From NCBI RefSeq assembly GCF_030144855.1, contig NC_082708.1:170562001-170626000 (forward strand): 64,000 bases of DNA. Reading direction: 5' to 3'. The translations under genes and the position numbers were made by a program. Positions 49,701 through 62,495 of the stretch are shown here, one piece after another. The notes below the pieces were generated by a model. That model saw only the letters and a list, made by a program, of their open reading frames with translations. It searched no databases and was not told where the DNA came from. Positions within the stretch are counted from its first letter, which is position 1. Every line of letters begins with the position of its first letter. The stretch is from Hypanus sabinus (lineage: Eukaryota).

Positions 49701-52282
49701 CCTTCACCAATGTGTTTAGTCATATCCTCAAAAAAAATTGAATCAGGCTCATAAGGCACAACCTTCCTTTGACAAAGCCATGCTGACTACTACTAATCAT
49801 ATTATGCCTCTCCAAATGTTCATAAATCTGCCCTCTCAGAATCATTTCCATCAGCTTATCAACCACTGAAGTAATACTCACTGGTCTATAATTTCCTGGG
49901 CTATCTGTACTCCCTTTCTTGAATAAGGGAACAACATCCATAACCCTCCAATCCTCCGGAACCTCTCATGTCCACATTAATGAAGCAAAGATCATCACCA
50001 GAGGCTCAGCGATCTCCTCTTCCCTTTTCCTACCTATGTCGTTGCTACCAATACATAACATGACCTCTGACTTTACTCCTTCCCACTTCAGGATATCGTG
50101 GGCGCGATCAGAAACATCCCGGACCCTAGCACCTGGGAGGCAAACTACCATCTGCGTTTATTTCCTGCATCCCTACCCTTCTGAGCACCAGGGGCAGACT
50201 CTGTGCCAGAGGTATGGCCTCTGTTTCCCCCAGCTAGGCTGTCCCCAACCCCCCCCCCCATACAGTACTCAAGCAGGAATACTTATTGTTAATGGGACAG
50301 CACCAGGGGTACTCTCTAGCCTCTGACCCCTGCCTTTCCCTCTCCTGACTGTTACCCACTTATCTGTCTCCTGAGGCCCCGGTGTGGCTACCTACCTGTA
50401 GCTCCTACCTATCACTTCCTCACTCCCCCTGACCAGACAAAGGTTATCGAGGTGCATTTCCAGTTCCCTAATGTGGCCTCTAAGGAGCTGCAGCTTGACG
50501 CATCTGGCACAGATGTGGCCATCTGGGAGGCTGGGAGTCTCTAGGACTTCCCACTTCTGACACCCAGTACAGAACACCGGCCTCACACACATACTTCCTG
50601 TCTGTATTCTATACAGGTAACTTACCTCACCTCGACCTGCTGTCGTCAAAGCCCTGTTGAGCCAAAACCCTCCTATTCTGTCTCCAGCTACTCTGTCAAC
50701 CCCTCCTCCAGCACCCACTCTATCAAGCTGTCTCCTTTTAAACTCTTCTCCTTGTTCTACCTGGCTGACATCCACGTGCTTTTGCACATGAACCACAGAA
50801 GTAACAAAGAAGTTCTGTGTCTTTATGGATCTCACTATGTCAGCAGCCGCCCCCCTCAGCCATTCAACTAATCACTGTCAATCAGAGCACTGCCCCTCAT
50901 CCAGCATCTGAAAAGTCACTTCACTCAAGTCTCAGATTCCTCTTCCCACTTGGGGGTGGGCTTCACTGCTCAGAACATTCTCAGCTTTCGATAACTAGGA
51001 CCCCCCCTACCTATGCACTTTGCTAATTATTTGCCAGGGAGGTAAGGGCTTATACCAAGTCAGAATTCTCACTCCTCGCTAGAGGACTTGTTTGACATCC
51101 CAAATCAGACCACAACTTCCCCTTGCTAAGCACAAAGCAGGGTAACCTGTTTTTGAAGTCCCCACCCCCAGATACGGGAGACTTGGCCTCTGATTTTGTA
51201 CACTCGCCTACACTCTCCTCCTCTGGGAAAGTATAGACAGCACACTGCCCCTCCCATCTACCGAGGCCCCAATAGTACCAGGCAGTTCCACTGCCATTAC
51301 GTCAGCGCTAGTCTGAGATAAAACAATGCCTTTGCCCATCAGTTTATCAAACCTCTGCTCCACAATAGCAACTGCTCCTACTGATTTAATGGTACTTAAA
51401 GTTTGAGTTAATAATTTGTTGGGAATACAAGTGTCAACCCCACTCAATGCACATGCATTCGTTACCAGTAACCTCATGGATTCACACCTCTGCCCAACCC
51501 TGTACAACATCCATTACCATGGATCGTAATCACTTTACCAGACAGAGTTTAACACAGGCTTAAGCACACAACTCACTGGATCAATGCTCAGGACAATCAC
51601 ACAGCATCCAACAAAATCGAACCTGGATGATAACCCCACAATGAAATCCTCTGATTTCCTCGGCTACAGAAGTCTAGGGAAAACACTCTCCAGTCCCACC
51701 AAACTCGTGAGATGGAGACAGCTCTCCAACCACAAAATCTGGTTTATGTGGCTGCTGTGTAATTTGCTATCGTGTTACAAATTAGTGCCATGAAATAACA
51801 GTACATTGCATACCATGAAAGAATTATATTTATGAATCTTAACTTCACTAAAGGGTTAGTAAAGAAAAACAAAGAAAAGGACCCATAGTAATTAAACAGT
51901 CAAATGTGCACGAATTGGAGCTCATCTTGAACTTCTCAGTCAGTCACGTGCTGGGCCCTTGGTCAGTGTGAAAGTCCACACCACCTCCCGAATGTCACTT
52001 GCAATCCATCTCGATCAAACGGGTCTCCCACTGGGTTGTAAACTATGATCAGTTCTCCCCAGTGTCTCTCCCTTCATCTCCCGCAGAACCTAAAAAACAC
52101 TGAGACCAACCTTAGAGACCCTCACCAAGAAGACCTCCCCCTAACTGGATGGCACACATTCCACATCACCCCTTACCTTTAACAATAACCCAAACAGGCT
52201 GAAAGCAGAACAGACTGCTCTTACAGAACTGCTCAATGAAATACATACAGCAAAGCAGTAAAGATGTGAACCAGGCATTACA
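46750..52282 (-). mobile_element. Gypsy LTR retrotransposon with PNMA-like gag, deleted and interrupted by CR1
   Basis: 5' LTR 52282-51642; gag about 51500-51050 and 48500-48250; protease about 48150-47900; RNase H (KLEFLAL..LTYILTSAKLDAVGRRWLASL); integrase zinc finger (LFHDDYGHMG..T..YWPQM). Confidence 0.75.
48500..50780 (-). mobile_element. CR1 LINE with ORF1 (Zn finger/esterase) joined by deletion to RT and the 3' end
   Basis: CTGC..HICARC; VVCLPGARVRDVS..IGSNDIG; PGNYRPVS; MDFSKAFDKV; LVRPHLEYCAQFW. Confidence 0.9.
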
Positions 52283-52639
52283 TTAGGTTTTGGAGTTCAA
52301 TAAAATGTGTTTCAGGTTTCATTAAACATAAAACCCCTCAATTTCATTTTATTTATGAAAACCTACAAAAGTGTCTAGAGTAGACTGGAATGGAATTCTA
52401 TTTCCAAGATAGTTTAGTGGTAGTTTGTGTGTAACAGGAAGCTGTCTGGTCAAAGAAGTCAATAACTGAGAGAGATAATTCATAGCAACAGATGATATTG
52501 ATCAAATGGACAAACTGATTCTAAAGAGTCTAAGTGGTATTAATCATCGCTCAACTGGAAGATGAATTTTCATATGATTTTGCTTTTAATATATTCTAAA
52601 ATGATCAAAATTTGATCTAACTTATTTTTCTAAAAATAG

Positions 52640-53600
52640 AACATAACAATTAGGAGCTGATTTAGGCCATTTTGCCCATCGGGTCTGCTCCACAATTTTA
52701 TCACAGCAGATCTAAATTCCTCTCGATCCCAATCTCCTGTTTTCTCCCCATATCCCTTCATGCCCTGACCAATCAAGAATCAATCAACTTCTGCACTAAA
52801 TACACATAAAGACTTAGCCTCTACAGCTGCTTGTGGCAGAGAATTCCACAGATTCACCACTCTCTGCCAAAGAAATTCCTCCTCATCTTTGTTTGAAAAG
52901 GTCACCGTTCTATTCTGAGGATGTGTCTCCACAATAGGGAGCATCCTCTCCTTATCCACTGTATCAAGGCTTTTTACCTTACAATATGTTTCAGGGAGGC
53001 CACCCCTCATTCTTCTGAATTCCAGTGAAAACAGGCCCAGAGCCATTAAAAGCTCTTCATATGATAAGCTGCTCAATCCAGGATTCACAAAAAAAATCTC
53101 TCAAAATTTAGTTGATTTGGTCCTGTACATCACAGATAATACCCTCCCAACCATCGAGCATATTGACATCAAATGTGGACAAAGAAATACATCACCCTCA
53201 CCACCTAGACCATGCTCTTTTCTCACTGCTGCTATCAGGAAGGAGGTACACGCGCCTCAGGACTCGCATCAGCAAGTTCAAGAACAGTTACTACCCCTCA
53301 GCCATCAGACTCTTGAGCAAAAGGGATAACTACACTCATTCAGTTTCTGGTGTACCCACAACCAATGGTCTCATTTGAGCACTCTATCTTCTAATTTCAT
53401 GTCCTTCCATTTCATGTTATTTCATACTTTTTATTTATTTCTATTTATTTATATTAACATTTGTACAGTTTGTTGTTCATTGATCCTGATTACAGTTACC
53501 ATTCTATAGATTTGTGAAATATGCCTGTAGGAAAATGAATCTCAGGGTTGTATGTGATGACATGTTTGTACTCTGGTAATAAACTTTGCCTTGAAATTTG
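52640..53600. mobile_element. CR1 3' fragment (minus) and Rex1/Babar 3' fragment (plus)
   Basis: LEFRRMRG..QRVVNLWNSLP; HALFSLLLSGRRY...FKNSYYPSAIRLL. Confidence 0.75.
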
Positions 53601-54365
53601 AGAAAGCACAGGGATAATGTAAATGAGTGTTTGATGGTTCATGTGGACTCAATGTGTCAAAGGGCCTGTTTCCAAGCTCTGTGGTTCAAAAACTCTGTAA
53701 AACACTTCTTGCAAATTTAATCAGTGTCACCAACTTACAAAAACGGTGCAACAAGAGAGACTGTAAATGTGGCGAATCTGGATCAGGAACTACAAACTGC
53801 TGGAGGAATCCAGCAATTCGAGCAGCATCCGTGGAGGCAAAAGGATCTCAACCCAACACTCCAACTGTCTCTTTGCCTCAATCGATGTTGCTCAACCTGC
53901 TGAGATCCTGCAGAAATCGGTTCTGTTGTTCATAACAAAAAAGATTTTCTTTAGAACTCAGTAATACAGTAAAACTTTACTCTTTTCATCGAGCACAAGG
54001 TTCAATGCCTGAACGTACAGACCACAAGGCTGACCAACCGCTTCTATCAAACTCTTATAGATTCACTTTATTTGTCACATGTACACCAAACCATTAAATC
54101 ATACAGTGAAGTGTATGACAAATGAACCAGTTTACCAAGTATTATTTATAATTTAGAGTAAGACAGAAACGCTAAAGGGCCAAGACTCTTACTCCATTAA
54201 TTCTTTGTTCCTCTCCATAGTTACTGCCTGACCTGCTGAGTTACTTGAGCATTTTGTCTGTGTTACTCTGGATTCCCAGTATCTGCAGAATCTCTTGTGT
54301 TTATGATTTATTATTTAACTGTCTTTGGGAGTGGCCATGCTGATATATTCTCTGCTCTTTCCCAG

Positions 54366-54570
54366 TGTCTGCCATGTGGTCCTGGCAATAGGGGCCAATG
54401 CTTTGGAAGCAACATTTGCTGTGGGGAGGAGATTGGTTGCTACATTGGAACTTCTGAGACATTGCGGTGCCAGAAGGAAGTCTACCTGCCCTCACCCTGT
54501 GAACCCTCAGGCAGGATCTGTGGCAGGAATGGTGGAAAATGTGCCACAGCAGGAATCTGCTGCACTTCTG
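54366..54570 (+). CDS. OXT: Oxytocin-family gene exon 2: neurophysin core
   Basis: Acceptor TCTTTCCCAG; [68 protein letters not shown]; 205 nt; phase-1 donor G|GTGAG. Confidence 0.97.
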
Positions 54571-55668
54571 GTGAGAGGTTTACTCCTTATCACACACTCT
54601 TTCAACGAACGTGAAAATTCCAAAACAATCTTAGCTGTCAAGTTGAAAGTAATGTATGGTCAATTTTGTCCTACAGGTCAAACATACCACAGATATAGCT
54701 GGAAATCTATCATATTAGAATACAGAACATAGAACAGTACAGCGCAATACAGGCCCTTCAGCCCATGATGTTATGCTGATCTTTTAACCTATGGAGGAGG
54801 TAGGGGTGTTCCACAGTGAATAATTTGCTTCAGTATTCGTCAGTGAGGGGAACTTGTTGAATGTGAGTTCAGCGTAGAACGGGATGATTTGCTGGAACAT
54901 GGTGATGCTCAGTAAGTCTGTGATGGAAGTACTGAGAATTCTATGATAGATAACTCCCTGGAACATCCACTTTCTTAACTTCAACATGTTCAAGCATGTT
55001 AGTCTGTTCTGCACTGATCTCACAGTTGTCAGGGTCCCTCTTGCCGGTGAATACTGAATCAGAGTATTCATTCAGGTCTTCCACGACTACGTTGATCTTA
55101 TTCTCCCTCTTACAGTGATTTGCTGTTGATCACTTATGCCCACATCACCCGAGCTGAAAATCTGAAATAAGTTGGACAATACTGGAAACACTCAGCAGGT
55201 GAGGCAGCTATAGAAGGAGAATCAGAGCAAACACTTCAGGTCCATGACACTTTGTCTTTAGACCTGAATCATTGACTTTATTCTCAATCCACAGATGCTG
55301 CCTGACCCGGTGAGTTTTTCCACCATTTTACAGCTCCTCTTGAGAGCAGTTAGGAAATTTTTTTCAGAAACAGTCTGCTGCCTTCTTTTCTTTGTCTTAA
55401 CTTCCAGCATTTCATTGGAGGAAGCACTCGTGATTTATCGACACTGCCTTAGACTTTATAGTGGTGGAGCCAAGCGTTTATCTCTTAATTACTTAATTAT
55501 TGAATTCATTTTTTATATTTGCACTGTTTGTCTTCTGAATATTGCTGTTTGTCAGTCTTTGTCTGAAATATTTAATTGATTCTATTGTATCCCTTTGTTT
55601 CACTGTGAATGCCTGCATGTAAATGAATCTCAGGGTTGTATATGTTAACATACATATACATCGATAAT

Positions 55669-56549
55669 TCTGGGCTCATCCATGCAGATCACATGGCCGG
55701 TCCATCTGAGCTGAGCCTTCAAAACCTTGGCTTCAATGCTTGTGGAATTGGCTCGGTCCAGGACTGTCAGGTTGGAGATACAGTCTTGCCAGCGGATCTG
55801 CATGATTGATCTCAGAGTGCAATTGCGGAAATGTTCAAGCTGTTTGACATGTCTGTGATACAGTGTCCAGGCTTCACAGCCAGACAGAAGTGATGAGACC
55901 ACAACAGCATAGTAAACCTTCAATTTAGTGGAGAGGCGAATGTCATTGTGCTGCAGAACTTTGACCCAGAGCCTCCCAAGTGCCTGGCTTGCTTTTTGGA
56001 TCCTTGACGTGATTTCTTTATCAAGGGCACCGTCGCTGGAGATGGCACTCCCCAGGTATTTGAATTTGTCAACGGAGAATAAGATATGTGTCATCGATGG
56101 TGACGCATGGCTGCGGCGGGGTGCTGTTAGGTGCAGGCTGCAGGAGGAACTCTGTTTTACCGAGGCTGATTGTTCTATGGAGAACTGGAGCAGGGCAACC
56201 ATGCCCAAGGTTGCCCAAGGAAGAGGTACAAGGACAACCTCAATTCAAACCTTAAGTAGGCCAAACTCCAGCCCCGCGATCTCAAACACACTGCTATTGA
56301 TCGGTCCAAGTGGCGCAATCTATGCTCCAAGGCAGCCGATAACTTCCAAGCCAACTGGCGCATGCAGCACCTCAAGGCGAGGCAAGAAAGACACAGGAGG
56401 GTGTCCACTCCTGCCCCAAAAGGCGGTGCTCCTTGCCCCATCTGTACCCATACCTGCGCTTTGGACTTCAGCCTCAGAAGTCATATGCGTGCCCACAAGC
56501 GTTGACTGCGCAACACATTCGTCTTCCTCGGACTTTGAGAGACTACTAC
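55669..56549 (+). mobile_element. RTE-clade LINE, 5'-truncated with a 5' inversion, 12-bp TSD
   Basis: 55669-56170 is minus-strand RT (FKYLGS..RIQKASQA..QLRWTGHV..MDEPRI). 56171-56549 continues on plus (LFYGEL..KRYKD..CPIC..SHMRAH*) with an (ACT)n tail. TSD TACATCGATAAT / TACATCAATAAT. Confidence 0.9.
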
Positions 56550-57499
56550 TACATCAATAATAAATTTATTTTGAAATTAGAACTTCAGAGTTCACGCCAG
56601 GAAAACTTTGGACAGATTTTTTCTTCACTTTGAACCTGGGATTAAAGTGGGGAGGAAATGCATATTCTTTATCACACTCAGCAGAGGACTGAGGTTTGCC
56701 ATCTTTCCCAAAGAGAATCTGACTCTGTATCATGAAGCAATGGTGACAATCTACTCCTGGGTGAGCTGGATATGAACACATGATTGCTTTAACTTACGGT
56801 GAAGGCAGAGAGCCGACCAGTTACTCCAAGGTCACATCTAGGAGAGGCTCAGTCTGTTTTATCTGGTGGAAAGCAAGTTAAATGTGGACATGACTAAGGT
56901 ATATAATATTATGAGAGGTATGGACAGGGTCTGAGTAGCTGTTTGCATGCTGTAGCGGCCACAACCCAGTACACTTTATCGACAGGCAGGGTAAACCAGG
57001 TGAGGGTAACCAATGGGTTTCATATCCCAGTGACATGCCTGTCCTAGAATGCAAAGACATCTTTGCTGGTCTGGGAGGATAAGATCAACAGTGAGATCTA
57101 ATATCTAGGAAGTCAGTTCTGCAATGCTTTGTGGAGAGTGAAAGGCACAATAAGGTACAGCAGTCAAGGCCATCCATTGCAATCAAGTAAGAGTCCAGTT
57201 GTGACGATGACTGATACCACTGGACCAAGATTTCTGAGGCTGAGAGAGTGGAACAGCCCCAGTGCAATGGCTTTTCCTTTGTAAAAACTTTCCACACAGG
57301 TTTCTTCATGCAATTCACATTAGATGAACAACACAAATCGAACTATCATTGAAAGATACGACAGACAAACAAATCAAATGATCAATCACTAAAGGTGCAG
57401 GATGTGGTTTCCCATACCAGAGGTAAGTAAAACTAGAGGACATAAATCTGGGATCACATGTTAATGATCCAGAGTGGATTTGTAAGCACTGGGCAGTAT

Positions 57500-57965
57500 G
57501 GATAATGTATGAGAAGTGTTTAATGGGTCTGGGCCCTTTAGGAGAATGAGGGGAGGGTGGAATCTCGTTGAAACCTTTCAAATATTGAAATGCCTGGATA
57601 GAATGGATAGAGTGTATAGAGTGGATGTGGAGAGAATGTTTCCAATAGTTTGAGAGTCTCGGACCAGATGGCACAGTCTTAAAATACAAAGATGACCCTT
57701 TAGAGCAGAGATGAGGAGGATTTTTTTTTAACCATAAAGAGGGTGAAGAATCTGTGGAATTCACTTCAACAGACAGTTCTGCAGACTAACTCTGGTAGAG
57801 GTGGAAGCAGAGTCACTGCCGGTATTTACAAAGCATCCAGATGAGAACTTGAATTGCAGAGACAGTGGAGGCTACATGTCAGCTGACAGAAGATGGGATT
57901 AACACAGAAGGGTCAGTGTGGACGAGTTGGGCCAAATGGCTTATTTCCATGCTGTATGACTCTGT
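57500..57965 (+). mobile_element. CR1 3' fragments
   Basis: Typical CR1 C-terminus and 3' UTR sequence. Confidence 0.6.
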
Positions 57966-58090
57966 GACTATTCACATAATGGATAGATCAATCGTCTGTC
58001 AGTCATGGCACTGACCGTGGCAATCTGAACAAGTACATGGATATGATTCACAATCCGTATTGAAAAGTGAAAATTCAAAGTTGTTTATTA

Positions 58091-59252
58091 TGTGGCAACC
58101 CACGTTCTGCGCAGGCGAACTAGCTCACAAATAGCCAGCGCACGGGGGGAGACTTTGGTAATGCACCTCTGACATCATTTCCGCCCGGAGAGGGCGGGCG
58201 CTAGGGATTAAATTCCAGCGCCGCAAAGTTTGAATAAACTAGTCTCGAAATGACTTACCGACTGCATGTCGTTATTTCAGTGCTGTGTGTAGCACATCGC
58301 TACATTGGTGACCCGGACAGACCAAACGGGATTTGGACCAAAGATGACCGACTCTTCATCTGTTCACGCAGTTTCGCTAAAACTGCCGACTTTCTGGATG
58401 CTGTGACCACACGTGTGGTTTAGTCAAGCAGAAGCCCAGTTCCAGATTCGGCAGATATCTTCTGATTCCACGCGTTACTACTACATGGTGAGCGCCCTTG
58501 ACCAGGAGATGGCCGCCCAGGTTGCGGATTTCATACAGTTGCCCCTGGAAGAAGGCAAATATGAAGCATTCAAAGCGCTGCTCATTGAGTCCTTTGGCCC
58601 CTCGCTGCGTGAGTGGGGTGCTCACCTGCTTCACCTGGACGGTTTGGGAGACAGGCTGCCTTCAGCATTGATGAATGAGATGCTGGCTCTGGCTGACGGA
58701 CACAAGCCCTGCCTTATGTTCGAGCAAGCGTTCCTAGAGCAACTGCCCGAGGACATACATCTGCTGCTGGCTGACGCAGACTTCAGTGACCCCCGGAAGG
58801 TGGCAACCCGGGCAGACGCGCTGTGGAAAGCCGAGAGAGAGAGTGGCGTCCGTCAGTCGGATTACCATGCCACGCACCCAACAGCGGACCAGACCAGGCC
58901 CGGCAGGGTGGCGCACAAAACACAGCGGCAGGAGTGAGGAGACCAGTGAACAGTGGTGTTTCTACCACCAGCGGTGGGGCACAAAAGGCTGCTGTTGTTG
59001 CCTGCCCTGCAAGGGCCAGGTCCAGGGCCAGCTGCTGCTAATGGCTATGGTGGCTGGCCACCAGGACAGACCCTTGTACGTCTGGGACAAATAGCCAAGG
59101 TGCAGCGGCACACGATAGCCCCGCCGCAGCAGTTCGAACCCACCCACCACCCACCACCCACTTCACCGCTGCGAAGTTTGAATAAACTAGTCTTGAAATG
59201 ACTTATTGACTGCATGTCGTTATTTTAGCGCTGTGTGTAGCACATCGCTACA
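58091..59252 (+). mobile_element. Small gag-only Gypsy (Mag-like) LTR element
   Basis: LTR 58091-58284 (TGTGG..CTACA); PBS TGGTGACC; gag (VSLKLPTFW..WFSQAEAQF..CFYHQRWG); partial 3' LTR about 59166-59252; ATTA TSD. Confidence 0.85.
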
Positions 59253-59479
59253 ATTATCGTATTATGTATATGTCACGGTATACCACCCTGAGATTCTTTT
59301 TCTTGCAGGCATTTAAGGAAAAATAAAGAAATACAGCAAAATTAATGGAATCAATACATAAATAAGCACACACAAAATGTTGGTGGAATGCAGCAGGTCA
59401 GGCAGCATCTATAGGAAGAAGTACAGTTGACATTTCAGGCTGAGACCCTTCGTCAGGAACCAATAAACAACCGATGTGC

Positions 59480-61740
59480 AAAATAATTTCCCGATGGTAG
59501 ATTTTGCAGGGGGCTGGGAACTGGAGCCCCAGGTCAGTAAGGAAAAGATCGGATCAGAAGGTAGATGTCAGGAAAAGAATTGAAAGGCAAAATCAAAATA
59601 ACAGGTACAATGGGTCAGATAGTTTGAAGTGTGTATATTTCAATTCTGGGTATATTATGGGTAAGGGTGATGAACTGAGACCATGCATCGGTACATGAAA
59701 CTACAGTATGGTAGGCATTACTGAAACTTGGTTGAGAGAGGGGCCAGAGTGGGTGATCAATGTACCAGGGTTCTGAAGTTTTAGAAAAGATAGAGGAGAA
59801 GGAAAAGTGGAGGAGTGGTGTTATGTACTTGTATTGTTGCCTGAATACGTAACAGTGGTTAGTTGCACTACTGTTCAAGGAAAATATCACAGCTGCACTT
59901 AGATGAGACATAACGGAGAGGTGAGACAATAAGTCCATTTGGAGGGAACTCAAGACTAAGAAGGGTGCAATCATGCTGATGGGACTGTATGACCTACCCC
60001 CTGATCGCCACTGGGACACTGAGGAACAGATGATATAATCAGATTAAAGAAAGGCATAAAAATAATAGGGTTGTTGTCATGGAGGATTTCAATTTATCTG
60101 AAGTCACACACTCAGTGATTCAGGAACAGCTTCTTCCTCTCTACTATCCAATTTCTAAATGGACATTGACCTGTGAACAGTACTTTACTTGCACGATTTT
60201 TAATCTATTCAATATACACATACTGTAATTGATTTACTTATTTATTATTATCTTTTTTCTTCTTCACCTATATTAGGTATTGCTAATTTAATAAATTTCA
60301 TGACACATAATAAATCTGATTCTGATAAACTGCGACATGTTTTGTGTAAGGGATTTAGATGGAGCAGAATTTGTTAAGTGTATCCAGGAGGATTTTAAAT
60401 CATCATGTGAGTGGTCCAGAAAGAAGAGGGACAAATTGGGCCTGGTTTTGGGTCATGAGCCTGGCCAGGTTACGGACCTTTCTGTGGGTGAACAGTTAGA
60501 GAACAGTCTGACCACAACATTTTAACTTAGGCCTTGTGTGAGAATTTTAAATTGGAGTTGAGCAAATGATGAGTGCATTAGGCAGGAACTAAGAATTGTT
60601 AATTGTGAACTCCATTTCTCAGGCAATAGTATCTTTGTGTCCACTCTAGACACATGCGAGGTCCTGAAGGACTGTTGTGTCTAATGTTGTAGTGTACCTT
60701 TATTTATGAAGGGAACATGGGAAATTCCTGGAAATACAGTCCAGTGAATCTCACGTCAGTTGCAGGGAAATTGCTGGAGAATATTCTTAGGGATAGGATA
60801 TGTGAGCATCTAAAAACCCATGGCCTAATTAGGAAAGCCAGCTTGGCATCGTGCATGACAGGTCATGCTTGACTAGATTTGTTTGAGTTTTTTGGTTAGG
60901 TGATGGGAGAGATTGATGAGGGTAGGGTAGTGGATGTCGTCTACATGGATTTCAGCAGGACATTTGACAAAGTCACTCATGGGAGGGTGATCGTGGAGAC
61001 TAAGATACATGGGACTTGCGGCGAATTGGCTGTTTGGTATCAGAACTTGCTTGTGCATAGAAGACAGGGGGTGGTGTTTGAAGGGACTTATTTGAGCAGG
61101 AGTTCCGTAATTAGTAGAATTCCTTAGGAATCTGTGCTGGAATCTCTGCTGTTTGCTATGTATATAAGTGACCTGGATGAAAATGTATTTGGGTTGGTTC
61201 GTTAATATGCATATGATACCAAGATTGGTGGATTTGTGGATAGTGTAGACTGGTAAAGAATACAACATGATACACAACAGTTGCAGATATGGGCTGAGAA
61301 ATGGCGGATGGAGTACCCAGGTAAATGTGAGGTGTTGCACCTCGTTAGGGCAAATGCAAAGAGAGAGTACACTGTTAAGGGAAAGATTCTTAACAGTGTT
61401 GCTGAGTAGAGTGATCTTGGGATCCAAGTTCGTAGTTCCATGAAAGTGGCTAGAGGGGTCAAAATGTGGTTAAGAAGGCTTGTTTTTATTAGTCGAGGCA
61501 TTGAGTGCAAATGTCAGGACGTTATTTTGCAAATTTACAAAAGTCTGGTTAGGCTACACATGAGTCAAATATTTTAGAGACTTTTACGAGATGTTGGACA
61601 GGCACATTGGTGGAGGGAATATGGTGAGATCTAGACATGGTGCAAGTTGGAGCGATGAGTGTTTGGGTGTCTTTGATTTGCTACTTAGCTGGATTGTGGC
61701 CGAATGGCCTGTTCCCATGCTGTACTGTTCTATGCTCTAT
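59480..61740 (+). mobile_element. Old CR1 LINE (APE and RT), decayed
   Basis: LKCVYFN, GITETWL, VVMEDFN and VDVVYMDFSRTFDKV motifs. Confidence 0.82.
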
Positions 61741-62231
61741 CTGCTTTCAGACAACTTAATCAGAAGCTGCATTATCTGATTAAAACTAATTTAAATCATA
61801 ACAATGTTGTCTCCTGAGACATGGAACTGGAATTAATATCCATTTCAGATTAGTGAATAATCTGTGAATAATCTGTGAATAATTAGTGAATAGAACAGAG
61901 AATGCTGGAAATACTTGGCCACTTGGGCAGCAACCAATAGAGAAACTATTAATACTTCAGGTCAGTGTCTTTTTTCTCACAACAGGGAAAACTGAGAGTA
62001 AATGTTTGAACGTTGCTCTGAGCCAGCACTGACTGTCTGGGCTAAGTGTCATCATTTGAGATCATAAGCAATTATAAGTATGACACCATCTGACCTCAAA
62101 TCCCAAGTATCCTGCAGTCTTGTTCTTGCAGTTCCTCCAGTTGAGTGAAGATCATGTAGTTATTGGAGATGGTCTATGTTGGTGTATGTCAATTACAATA
62201 ATGACATTTGTTCTGTTAATTTTTTTTTCAG

Positions 62232-62287
62232 ACAGCTGCACCATGGATCCTACATGTGACACCAGGAATATCTTCTCCGCAAATTAA
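62232..62287 (+). CDS. OXT: Oxytocin-family gene exon 3: neurophysin C-terminus, no copeptin
   Basis: Acceptor TTTTTTTTTCAG; phase 1 gives DSCTMDPTCDTRNIFSAN*, supplying the last two neurophysin cysteines. Not in the ORF track. Confidence 0.93.
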
Positions 62288-62489
62288 TGTGAGCTTCTGG
62301 GTTAAATCTGATCAACAGCACAAGGTCAGAAACTCAGAGTCACTACTGAAAGCTCCAGCCAATTATTGTTCAACACTATCAGTTTTTAATACTGAGTAGA
62401 TAAAAATTACAGACTGTAAAGATCTTCAGACATGCATAGTGTGTGTTAAAGAAATGTGAAATAGTGTAACACTTGTAATAATAATTAAC

Positions 62490-62495
62490 AATAAA
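62490..62495 (+). terminator. Polyadenylation signal of the oxytocin-like gene
   Basis: AATAAA about 200 nt after the stop, followed by T/GT-rich sequence. Confidence 0.7.

Noticed and set aside
61852-61892. Short tandem GTGAATAATCT repeat in intron 2
   Set aside because: Three to four degenerate units consistent with slippage; no evidence of function.
45329-62287. Vasotocin gene
   Set aside because: Neutral Ile at position 8 and no copeptin in exon 3, so it belongs to the oxytocin lineage.
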